A DNA stretch of 64,000 nucleotides, taken from positions 337,223 to 401,222 of the forward strand of contig QPMI01000089.1 in assembly GCA_004431415.1 (NCBI GenBank), in the 5' to 3' direction. The position numbers were made by a program, and so were the translations under genes. Numbering within the stretch: the first letter of the stretch is position 1; each line of letters opens with the position of its first letter. The notes under the pieces were generated by a model. The model saw only the letters and a program-made list of their open reading frames with translations. It did not search any database and was not told where the DNA came from. Source of the DNA: Cyanophora paradoxa CCMP329. Taxonomy: Eukaryota > Plantae > Glaucophyta. Shown in pieces: positions 25,395-36,739 of this stretch.

Positions 25395-28300
25395 ATGAAC
25401 CCCTACCGGACGCTGCCTAAGATAGGCGGCGCGGCCAGCCCGACGGGCGAGTACGAGGGCTCCATCAGCTTCAGGCATGGCAGCATCATGGCCAACGCTC
25501 CCTCGCCGCTCAAAGGTGGGCGGGGCGCGCGGCGCCCGCCTGCGTGCGCGGCTAAGCCTGGACCGGCCCGCAGGGAGCAAGGGGAACCCCGGCGCGCGGT
25601 CGCTGGACTCCCTGCACCGGGAATCAAAGATCCCGCAGCACGCGCTCAGCCGCCAGATCGACAACATGCAGCTGGTGCCGACCAGCGCGGAGGCCGCCGT
25701 GGAGGCCGCCTTCCGCAGCTACGAGCTGGCCGCCGAGTCCGAGCTGCGCGGCGCATACACGGACGCCGAGCGGCAGAAGGCCCGCGCTCCCCGCCCCGCC
25801 GCCCCGCCGCCCGCCACGCCGCCTCGCGCGGCGCTCCCGCCGCTGAGATGCGCATGCATGCCGGGCACAGGTGAAGGAGGTCTTCCTGTCGCGGACGCCG
25901 GCGGGGCGGAAGGACGCGCTGCTGCTGGAGGCGTGGGTCAAGCAGCAGTGCGAGGCGACGGCGGCCGTCGCGCAGGGCGACCCCCTCGAGGCCGTCGAGC
26001 ACGAGCTCCGCGTCTACACGATGGCCGTCCACGAGATCGCGCGCCAGGTCGGCTTCCCCTCAGCGCCCCGCCCTTTCCCGTCCCGTCCCGTCTCACGTTC
26101 TCTCTTCCCGTCGCCCCGCCCCGTCCCGGCAGGTCTCGGTGGGCTGCGTGGAGCGCGGCACGCTGCTGGCCACGCTGTGGAGCCGCTACACGGAGCTGCT
26201 GAACCGCGTGCACGCCGCCCAGACCGACCAGCGTGCGCCCCCCCCCCCCCCCCCCCCCCGCCTCCATTCCCTCCCTCCCTTCCGGCGCGACGCGGCGCGA
26301 CGCGACGCGGGGCGGGGGGGCAGTGCGGCGGGAGCGGGGCGATTGGGAGGGCACCGTGCGGCGCGCGGCGGAGGAGCAGGTAGACTTCGCGGCTCGAGAA
26401 CGCAGCGCGGGTGTACCCCTGTACTTTCTTTCTTGACTCTTCTTTCTACCTTCCCCAGGTCCGGCGGGCGGAGCGGGCCTTCGAGGAGCGGTCGCGGCTG
26501 CAGGAGGAGCAGGCGCGCGCCCGCGAGGCCGAGCGCCAGGTCCGCCCGCGTCTGCTCCGCGCTAGGCCGGGCTAGGCTAAGATAGGCTAGAGGCTCCGGC
26601 TCCACTGCGTGGCTAGTGTTCCGCCGCGCTAGGCTAGGCTAGGATAGAGGGGACACCACCCGCCCGCCCACTCCACGCTAGGCTACACCGCCAGGTCCGC
26701 GTCTGCGCCGCGCTAGGCTAGGATAGGCTAGAGGGGACACCGCCCGCCCGCCCGCCCGCCTCCGGCTGCACTGCGAGGCTATTGCCCTTCACCGCTGCCC
26801 TTCTCACCTCGAATCTCGTCCAATCTGCTCCACGCTAGCTAGGCTACCCCACTCCACTCCACTGCGTGGCTAGTGCCCTCCACCGCTGCCCTTCTCACCT
26901 CGAATCGCGTCCAATCTGCTCCACGCTAGCTAGGCTACCCCACTCCACTCCACCGCGTGGCTAGTGCTCTCCACGGCCCTCCACCACGGCCCTTCTCGCC
27001 TCGAACCTCGTCCAATCTGCTTGAATCTGCTCGAGTGCCCTCCACCGCTGCCCTTCTCACCTCGAATCTCGTCCAATCTGCTCCACGCTAGCTAGGCTAC
27101 CCCACTCCACTCCACTGCGTGGCTAGTGCTCTCCACGGCCCTCCACCGCTGCCCTTCTCGCCTCGAAGCTCGTCCGCGCGGCAGGCCGAGGCGCGATCGG
27201 GGGCCGAGGCGGTCGAGCGCGCGCGGGCCGAGGCCGAGGCCCTCCGGAACGCGGTGCGTAAGAGGAGGAGGAGGAGGAGGAGGAGAAGGGGGCGACCGGG
27301 AGAGAAAGAGAGGGCCTCACTAAGCTTGAGAGGAAGAGAGAGAGGGGGGGGGAGAGAAAGAGAGCCTGATCCAGCTAGAAACGTTTTGTGCTGTCTGAGG
27401 AGGGAGGCCGGGGCGCATGTGCGGTAGGAGCAGGGGGAAGGGGCGCCCGGGAGCGAAAGAGAGGGCCTCACTAAGCTTGAGCTAAAGCTTTTGCTCTAAG
27501 CTGTCCGCCTGAGAAGGCCGGGGCGCAGGTGCGGCGGACGGAGGAGGAGGTGGAGAAGTGGCGCAAGGAGGCGCGCTGGTGGGAGGGCGAGCTCACCGAG
27601 TACCGAAAGCGCTTTGACGCCGAGGTCCGTGCCCGCGTACCCCCCTCTTTGTTCGCTTTCCCGCGGTCCCTTGGCTGCGCTGGACACGCTAAGCATCGCC
27701 CTACGCTACGCCGCGCCACGATTTGATCTGGAGGGGGCGGGGGCAGACAGAGGAGGTGGAGCGGGAGATGGCGGAGGCCGGGGAGGCGCGGGAGGCGCGC
27801 GCCGCCGCCGAGGCCCGCGGCCGCGCCGCCCAGCGCGCCCTCGCCCGCGCCCGCGCCCAGGCGAGCGAGCCGCCCTCTGCACCCAGCTCTTCTCAGCTCA
27901 GCTGAGCCGCGCCATTCTACGACATAAAAATAGGGCATTAGAGCACAGAGCTTAAGAGTATCTTCCTCTTAGGCGAGCCGGCGTCGCTGGGCCGAGCCTC
28001 TCTTCTGCGCCCTAAGCTCACTGAGCCGCGCCCTCCTCCCCCTTCCTCCTATTACTGCTGCTGATTTCATTCTAACATCAGATAGCAATTTCAAAGCAAA
28101 TATAAAGCCTCTAACTAACCTCTAATCTTGAAAAAATCCCCGCAGCTCAAGAAGGAGGTGATCCAGAACGAGGCCCTGCGGGGCCGCGGCGCCGCCCTCT
28201 CGGCGCGGGCGCAGGTGCTCGGTCCTCTTAGCTCGAGGCCCTAAGATCTTAGGTCTTCTTAGCTCGAGGCCCTAAGATAGGAGGCGGCCGCCCCGCGTTG

Positions 28301-29133
28301 GAGGCCCTCCGGATAGATAGATAGATAGGAGGCGGCCGGATAGACAGGAGGCGGCCGCCCCGCCCCGCCCCAGGGCCCGGTAGACCCGCCCCCCTTGTCC
28401 CTTGTCCCTTATCCCTCTGCGCAGGCGCTGGCGGCCGGCCTGCGGGGCGAGCTGGCGCGCCGCGAGCAGGCGTGGGCCCAGGAGCGCGCCACCATCGCCC
28501 AGCGCCTCAACGCGGTGCGCCCGCGCCCGCGCCGGCCGCCCTCGGCTTGCTTGCTTCTGGGACAGGAGAGGCGAAGGCAGCCGCAGCAGCCGCCCTAGGC
28601 CCTTAGGCGTCCTACCTTCCTCCTCTCTGTCCCCGACGCTCGTGCCGCGTCGCGTTGCAGCTCTTAAGCGCCCCTCAGCTGTCCTAAGCTCTCGGTTCTT
28701 CTCCTCCGTGTTTCTGACGCGCTGCGTCGCGCCGCAGCTCCTGGCGGCGCCGACGAAGGAGGGCCTGGCGGCCCTCGTCGCCGTCCTCCCCATCGACGAG
28801 CAGGCGCGTGGCGGCAGCGACGAGGGGGCGGGGGGCGGGGGGGGGGGGGGGGGGGGGGGTCTCGCTCAAGGGGCTTAGCTCAGCGGGCTTATGATGGCTT
28901 AGGATGGCTCCCTGTGCTAAGCTGTGCTTAGCCCCTGTGCTGGGCGCTCAAGGGGCCAAGCACAGCTGCTGCGGCCGCTGCCGCTACGTTTGAGCGCGCA
29001 CTATGGCGATGGGGGCGGCGGCGTCGCTCGCTGGCTGGCTCGACCCTGACACGCGCCCGCGCGCCTCGGCCCCGCAGGTGGCCACGGCGGTGCTCCTCCC
29101 CAAGAAGAAGAAAAAGGCGGCGGCGGCGGCCGA

Positions 29134-29172
<39 letters not shown>

Positions 29173-32100
29173 CATGGCGGCCTCGGTGGCGGGCACGCCG
29201 GTGGGGAGCGCGCGACGGCCCTCGTTGTCCGGGCCCGGCGCGGCGCCGGCGCTCGTGCTCCAGCCGCCGGGCACGGCCGCCGGTGGCGTCGTGTCGCTTC
29301 TGGAAGGCGGTGGCGCGCCGGCGCCGGTGCCGGGCGCGGCGGCGGGCCTCGCGGCCGGATTCTCGCCCGTCGCCCTCGTGATCGACCCGGCGGTATCGGA
29401 GCCGCGCGCCGGCTCGGCCGGCGGCGGCGGCGCCGCCGCCGCCGCCGGCGAGTACCCGAGCGACGCCGAGGGTGAGGCGGCGGCGGTGCTGCCGCCCCGG
29501 GCTTCCGGCCTGGGCCTCCTGGCCGCCGAGGGCGCCGCCGATCCCTACGCCAGCATGGGCGGCACCAGCGTCTACACGTCCGTCGGCGGGCCCTACACCT
29601 CCGTCGGCGGCGCCACGACGCTCGGCGGTGCCTACACAACCGTCGGGGGCGCCTCGACCGCAGCGGGCGGGCCCTACGCAAGCGTCGGCGGACCCTACGC
29701 GAGCGTGGGGGCCGCCAGCGCCTCGCCTTCGGCCTTGGGCCCCGGCGGGCCCTACGCGAGCGTCGGCGGCGCGATGATGGCGGCCCTGTACGCCACGCCC
29801 TACGCCTCCGTCGGGGGCGCCAGCGCCGTTTCCTCCGCCGCGGGGCCCTACACGATCGCCGCGCTCTACGCCAGCGTCCACGCCGGCGCCCCGTCCGTCC
29901 CCCCGGACACGCCCTCGGATCTGGGCGGCGGAGGGGACGGCCTGGGGTGGGACATGGCGCGCGTGCCCCTCCCCGACGACCTCCTTGCCTTCGATCTGCG
30001 GGACGAGGAGTGCCAGACCGACCCCCTCCTCCTCCCCCCCGAGCCTTCCCCTTCCCCCCCCGCCGCCGCTCAACAGCCCTCCAGCAGCAGCGCTCGCTCC
30101 CCCCATCCGCCCCCCCCTCCGCCGTCCCTTTCCCCCGCGCTGCACCTCCGCTCGCGGCAGGCCGCCTGGCTCGCGGCCGCCTCGATGCTCTACCCGGCCG
30201 CCCCGCCCGAGCCGCCCCCGCCGGGCCTCGGCCTGGGGGGAGGCCAGGAGGAAGGCGAGGAGCAGGAATTAGATCTGGAGGGGGCGCTGCGGGGCGGCGT
30301 GGCCCTCCGCCGCGCTGCCGCCATGCTCGCCTGCTCCAACTCCGTCGCGCGGCCGTACATGGACCCGGAGGGCCTCGAGGAGCTTGGGCCCCAGCACGGC
30401 CTCCTCTTCTCCCGCAAGCCCGTCATGCTCGAGGCGTACGCCGGGTTCTTCACGGGGACGGGCCTCGGCGGCCGCGGCCGCGTCCGCCCCAAGGCACAGG
30501 CGAGTGACGGGCGCCGACCTCGCCGCTCGAAGGGAGCCTAGGCCTAGGCCTCCAGCCCCGTGGCGAAGAATCTTGCTGGGCTTAAGAAGCGCGCGGAGAA
30601 ATAGCCTAATATGGCTTTAGGCTATTAGGCTTATTAGCCATAGCCATATTAGGCTATTTCTCCGAAGAAGCTTGCTGGGCTTAAGAAGCTTGCTGCGCTT
30701 GCCTGCTGAGGCTCGACGACCCTCGGAGCGAGCGAGCGAGCCCCCAGCCTCAGGATAATCTCATGATCGACTAACGAGACTGACGAGCCCGCCCCGCCCC
30801 GCCCCGCCCCGCCCCGCCCCGGCTCGCGCAGGTGATGCGGTTCATCTACAGCGTGTACGTGGAGAAGCTCGACGCAGACGCCGTCGCAGAGCTCGCACGC
30901 CGCGAGAAGGTCCGCCCGCCCCGCCCCGCCCCGCCCCGCCCCGCCCCGCCCCGCCCCGCCCCGCCCCGCCGATATGGAGAGAAGAGTTAGCAGAGAGAGC
31001 TCTACACCGATAGAGACGGGTAGCCGACAGCCACCCCGCCTAGTCCCAGCTCTCTCCCCCCACACTGACCCCGCCCCGCCCCCCGCCCCCCGCCCTCCCT
31101 TCGCTTCTGCCCCGCAGGAGACGCTGGCGGAGTTCTTCGTCGACTTCTTCCACGCCAAGTTCGGCGTCGCAGCCCTCGCAGACCTCGTAAGCCTAGTCCT
31201 TCCTTTCACGTTACGAGTCCTAAGAAAGGCTACCTTCCAAGAAACTGCCTCATAGTGATTCTAGTCCTTCTAGTCCTTCTTATAGGTTCCTCTAGTCTAA
31301 GTTCGGCGTCGCGGCCCTCGCAGACCTCGCGCGCCCGTTCCCTAAGAGGAACTGCCTCCTAGTCCTACTAGTCCTCCCTTGTTATGAGATTGCACATTAG
31401 TGATTATCCTGGTGGTTATTGCACTTTGTAAGACTGCTACCTTTAATTTTTATCGTTTTTATTTGCTTCTGCTGCGTTGTTTGCCTCCTAGTCCTTCTGT
31501 CTCGTTCCCTAAGAGGAACTGCCTCCTAGTCCTTCTAGTCCTTCTGCCTCGTTTGCCTTCTGCTGCGTTGTTTCTTCTTCGTCTTCCGCTGACGGGCGGC
31601 GGGGCCAGAACCTGCGGGACGCGCTGGCGTCCGTGCGCCACTACGGCCGCCACTCCGGCGTCCCGGTTCGCCCGCCCGCCTCCGCCCGCCCCCGGGGGCC
31701 GGCCCGGCCCGGAAGCGAGGCCGGCGCCTCACTCGCGCCCCGCCCACCCCCGCCCCCGCCCGCCCGCCCCGGCCGGGGAGGGGGAGTGGGGGGAGGGGGG
31801 GGAGGGGGGGGGGGGGAGAACCTGAAACCCCTGGCCGAGAGCAAGCTAAAGGCTAACCGGCCGGCGCCTGACTCTTCTTCGGCGCAGCGGGCGAAGATGT
31901 TCGGGGCGCTGGTGGGCGTCTGCGGCGACCCGTACCCCGCCGACGTCGCCGACCTGCTCCTGTGCGCCCCCCGTAACCCCAGGAACCGCGTTCCTGATTG
32001 AAAGTCTAGAGGAAAGAATTTAAGAGAAGAAAGATAGAGATCTAGAGAGAAGCCCTGAGGCGGGGCGGGGCGGGCGCAGCTTCGTGTTCGGGCTGGTGTA

Positions 32101-33853
32101 CGACCAGGTGGGGCGCACGGCCCTCCTCGGGCCCGACACCTCCGCCGCCGCCGCCGTCGCCGCCGCCTCGGGCGGCGCGGCGAGGCTGGGCCTGGACGCC
32201 CCCACCAGCTTCGGGCCGCCCCCGGCCGGGCAGGAGCCGCCCGGCGGGGCCAGGCCGCAGGCGCCGGCCCTCGCCGCCGCCGTGCAAGTCAGGGAGGAGG
32301 CGGAGGCGGGGGCGACGTGCCGCGTGCCCGTCGACGTCCTCGTGGAGGTCCCGCCCACCTATCTGCCCTACCCATCCCAACCCATCATCTACTCATCCAT
32401 CCTTGCCCTTGCCCCTGGCGCAGGCGGCGGCGCGGGCGCTGCGGTCGCTTGAACAGCGGCGCATGGAGATGCTCAAGGCCCGCCTCATGGCCCTCGGCGA
32501 CCCATCGTCCGCCCCTCCTCTTCTTTTATCTCTCTATCTTTCTATCTATAGCTAGAACTTTCTAGGACTTTCTATCCATCTTCTTCTTATTACTTTCTAC
32601 GGCTTTCTATCTTTCTAGGCGACCCCTCGTCCGCCCGCCCGCCCCTCCTCCCCCCCCTTCTTCTTCGTCCTACTCGCCCCCCATCTCACCCCCCTGCCCT
32701 CCTCTGCGCTCCAGGATGCAGCGGCTTGCCTCGCTGGACGCGGCGATGGAGACCATCGTCGACACCTACGTCTACTACGGTGCCCGGCCCGCGCTCGTGT
32801 GTGGGACCGCGGTCTTATGTATGTATAAGGAGCTTTGAGCTCTGCGCACGCCTCCAGCACGTGCACACGAGCCATAAAGACCCCCCCCCCCTCCCCCTTC
32901 TGACTCCCTTCCCACAGAGAGGGACCGCCTCTCGGCCGCCTGCGCGAGCGCCTACGACGTGCGCCCGCCCGCCCACGCAGCAGCCGCCCGCTCCGCTGAC
33001 CCCGGGCCCCGATTGCGAGCAGCACGCGATGCCGAGCGGGTCGGGCGGGGGGGAGGATGGGGCGGCGGAGGAGCAGCCGGTAACGGCGGATGAGTTCGCG
33101 GCGATGTGCGCCGTGCTCGACCCCGAGGCCGGCCCCGCCAAGGTCAGATCAGATCGGATCGGATCAGATCAGATCGGATCGGATAGATCAAATCGGATCG
33201 GATCGGATCGCGCTGACGTTGTGGTTTATGGCAGGCTCGGTCGGCGTTCAGGCGGGCGTGCGCGGCGCTGGGGGGCGCCGAGTGGCTGGACCGCGCCCAG
33301 ACGATGCAGGTCCGTGTCTGTCTTCCTGTCAGCGCGCGGCGCCCGCCTCTCCTCTCCGGGACGGCCGGCTGGCTGGCCAGCTAGAGGGGACACCGCCCGC
33401 CCGCCCGCCCGCCCGCCCGCCCGAAGAAGTTCGCCTTGGATCTAATCTCGTCCGACGACGACGACGCAGGCCCTCAAGGCCCATCTCCTCCCATGGTTCA
33501 CCATACGCTCCCAGGCGAGTCCGATCTTGATCTTGATCGTGACCGGCTGTCGCTCGCTCGCCAATTGCAAGCCTTGCAAGGCGCAGCAAATCCAAGCGCA
33601 GCAAAGTTTTAATTAGAGCCGACTAAGCGCAGCAAAGCAAAGATACAGTCAAGAACCTGACTGACTGACTGACCGGCTGACCTTCTTTGCGCGTCGCCGT
33701 GCGCAGGAGTGCATGACGCGGGAGGAGCTGGCGGCGCTGCTCGCGGCGGACGCGGAGGCCGCAGAGGCCGCCGCCGCCGAGGAGGAGGCGGAGGGCGAGG
33801 GGGGCGAGGGGGCCCTCGAGGAGGAGGGGGACGAGGAGGGTGGGGGGTACTGA
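25395..33853 (+). CDS. Axonemal dynein light chain (p28-like) domain protein with coiled coils and a C-terminal helical/EF-hand-like region (AXDND1/TSNAXIP1-like)
   Basis: TPAGRKDALLLEAW...YTMAVHEIARQ|VSVGCVERGTLLATLWSRY matches the p28 domain signature. Later exons include MRFIYSVYVEKLDAD, ETLAEFFVDFFHAKFG, RAKMFGALVG and DEFAAMCAVLDP. An acidic last exon ends at TGA 33851-33853. The single-gene model is inferred. Confidence 0.7.
26770..27170. repeat. Intronic minisatellite, ~70-90 bp unit, 4-5 imperfect copies
   Basis: CACCGCTGCCCTTCTCACCTCGAATCTCGTCCAATCTGCTCCACGCTAGCTAGGCTACCCCACTCCACTCCACTGCGTGGCTAGTG recurs at ~26790, 26880 and 27042, with partial copies at ~26980 and 27143. Confidence 0.9.
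33143..33210. repeat. Intronic (GATCR)n pentamer microsatellite
   Basis: GTCAGATCAGATCGGATCGGATCAGATCAGATCGGATCGG... directly after the splice donor. Confidence 0.9.
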
Positions 33854-35982
33854 GCCCTCGACTCCTCGCTATCGGTCTAGATCTTAGCTTGTTGCGAACT
33901 GTACCAATGGCATTTTATGAGGAGGAGGAATTCGAAGAGGGCAGCGAGCTCGAGGGGGGTGAGGGCGACCGGGGTGCTGGTCATGATCATGACCGCCGGC
34001 AGCGGCTGCTTGTACGAGTCGTTGCAGCCGGCGGTCAATACTTGCAATATTAATATAATTATAATATTAATTGTGCGATATATCGTGATCAAGACGATTA
34101 TGCATGCGCATGCAAATGCACGATCCGGATCATCGCGGATCCGCTCCAGGACGTCGACGAAATTGAAATGCTAGATCGCCGGGGCTATGATGCATCTGGC
34201 TGTCGTCATGCATATGGCTGGCTCCGGTCGACCGCTCCGGATCCGAGGCTCCACCTAGGCCTAGGCTTCCGCTCAGCGGCTTCGAATTTCACTTCCCCTC
34301 CGCTTATAAATTAGCTATATATTCTTTTTCACAAAGCCCCATCGGCCGCGGGGCGGTGGGTTAACATTTATTTGAATACAACATCATCCTGCGCATTTTT
34401 TAGCATTTTATTTGAGTGCGACGCAGCGCAGCCGCAGGTGTGTCCTGCGCCAGGTCTGGTGTTGCTAGAAGGGCTGGAACCCACCCTAGCTGCGTGCGGT
34501 CCAATGACCCAGGGTGCTGGGCGCCGGGGGGTGGGAGGGGGGGCGGGGGGGGGCCGAGGGGGCCTGGCGGTAGAGGGATCGAGGGGGGCGGGTGCCTGTG
34601 AGGGCTGATTGTGGGGGGGGGGGGGGGGGCTTGGGCATGGCCGGAAGGGCTGGGGGGCGTGCACTCGAGGCGTCAAGGGGGCGTGCACGTGTGCACAAGC
34701 CTTGAAGGCGGCGGAGGGGGTCGGCGCGGGGGGGGGGGGGGGGGGGTTGAGGAGGGGGGGGGAAGGGAGGGGGGTGCGCGGGCCTTTGGCTTTGTTCCCT
34801 GTCGGGCGCGGGGCGGGGCGCCGGCTGGTGGTTATGTGAAAGTTTATTAATGAAAAGAAAAGAAAGAAATGAGTGACGTCGACAGAGAGAAAGACATGGA
34901 GGCGCCTGAGCGAGCGGTTATATATAGTTGGCTGCTAGAGGGCCCGGGCGACTCAGGCGGCCGCGTCGGCCTGGCGGGCGGCGGGAAAAGCGAGGGCGGC
35001 GGGGTCGTCCTGGGCGAGGAGGGCGGCGAACTTGGCCGCCGCCGCAGCGTTGGCTGCGGCGTTGGCGTCCTCCGGCGGGGGCGCTCACGCCTCGGAGAGC
35101 TGCAGAGCAGCAAGCCTAGCTATAGGGCCTACCCATGAGCGGCTGCGCATGCGGCTTGGCCGCACGCATATAGCCGCATCGGGCTGCGGCGCGACGCGAG
35201 GCGGCGCACAATCGGGTAGCTCAAAGGGAGCACCTTGGGATGCGTCGGCCCAGCTCGGCGACCCGCTCGAGCAGGTAGCTGCGCGCGCGAAGGCGTCCGT
35301 GCGGAGGCGTCTGAGCGGTGCGGCGAGAGGCGGGACTCTCACGAAGGCACCGACGACGAAGTGCGCGATGCCGCGGATGTCTTCCGGGTTCTCCGAGGGG
35401 CGGAAGATCTAGACCCAATTATCCCCCATCTGCTGCCTGCAGCGCCGCGCGGATGGCCGCGGCGTGCTGCAGCTGCCGGCGCTGCTTGTGCCGCAGCGCG
35501 CTGAGCCTGCGCATGCGGAGCGCTCCGGCGTTGCGCAGGGGGCTGAACACGCCGCGAGAACACGCCGGGGGGCTCTGCCGGCGCCACGATCGCGCGGCGG
35601 GCGCGTGCTGCCCAGCGTGCTGGCACGCCCCGCCCGCGTCGGCCGCCGCCAACGCAGGCGAGCGAGTCGAAAAGTTCGCGGCGCGCGGAGGCCAAGGTTG
35701 CTCTTGCCGGCTGCACGACCGGCTGCAGACGACCGTATCTGCTGTATCCCCCCGCGGCCGCTCGGCGCTCGCCGCTCCTGAGTCGCACTCGCCGCACTGC
35801 GCTCCGACGGCCGAGAGAACGAAGGCCCCGTGCATCGCTCGCTGATTATGAGCTAGAGCTCGCAAACTGGAGTGCTGCAGAGGCGTGGGAACTTCGATCA
35901 GCCTCGTATTCCCAGCGCGACTGTCAGCCAGCGTCTTCCTCCTACAGCCCCAGCGCTTCTCCCCCCACGTGCGTGCTCTCAC

Positions 35983-36533
35983 ATGGGTTTGTTTGGTAAG
36001 CTTCGCCCGCTCTGCAGCTGCGCAACCGCGCACAAGCGGCCGCGTCAGCCGTGTTCTCCGCATCGTCGTCGTCGCGCGCCCTCACCGCCACCGGCGCAGA
36101 AATCAGCTTCGCTGGAGACATCGATCTGAGCAAGGTCGACGGCGAAGCCATCGGCACGGCCGCCATGGGGCGTGCCGCAGAGACTGTGGGGCATGCCACA
36201 GAGAGACTCAGTGACAATTTGGGGCGTGCGGCAGAGCGACTCAGTGACACTTTGAGTCTCTGTGCGCCCGCTCGCCGTTCAAAGCGTTCCGCAAACGTTA
36301 ACCTTCGGTGCAGATACACCCGGGAAGGTGTTCCTCGGCATCGTCGCAATCATTGCCGCGCCCATCGTGACGATCAGTGCGCCGCGCGCCCGATCTGCTC
36401 CGAATACGGACCGAGATGCGAGGTCGACGCAGAGCTCGTCGACTGTGCTCTGGCCAAGTTCGGACTGGTCGGCGAGCAGAAGCACCGGGTCGCACACGAG
36501 CACGGAGTCGTGCGCGTCGAGCGCGACCAGTAA
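35983..36533 (+). CDS. Small orphan single-TM protein (~115 aa, 4 exons)
   Basis: ATGGGTTTGTTTG|gtaag...cag splices to MGLFEISFAGDIDLSKVDGEAIGTAAMGRAAETVGHATERLSDNLGRAAERLSDTLSL|YTPGKVFLGIVAIIAAPIVTI|KLVDCALAKFG...ERDQ*. Three GT-AG introns keep the frame. Confidence 0.6.
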
Positions 36534-36739
36534 AGAACGTTAACGGGAAGCTTCGAGCGGCCCTCCATCCTCCACTTCCTGCATCCAATCGAGATCTGTA
36601 CAGCTGTATATATCAACTTCCGCCGCAGTACTTATTGCCGCAGTGCTTTTCGTACTTTGCATTCGATATTCCATTCGTCATCGCTCTTTGTTCTCTGGGT
36701 GACTGGGGAGGGAGGGAGGCAGCAAACCGGCGTAGATGT

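Noticed and set aside
34950-35420. Possible - strand gene fragment (PSENPEDIRGIAHFVVGAF; APPPEDANAAANAAAAAKFAALLAQDD)
   Set aside because: Looks coding, but I could not build a consistent spliced model. There is an in-frame TGA and no recognisable family.
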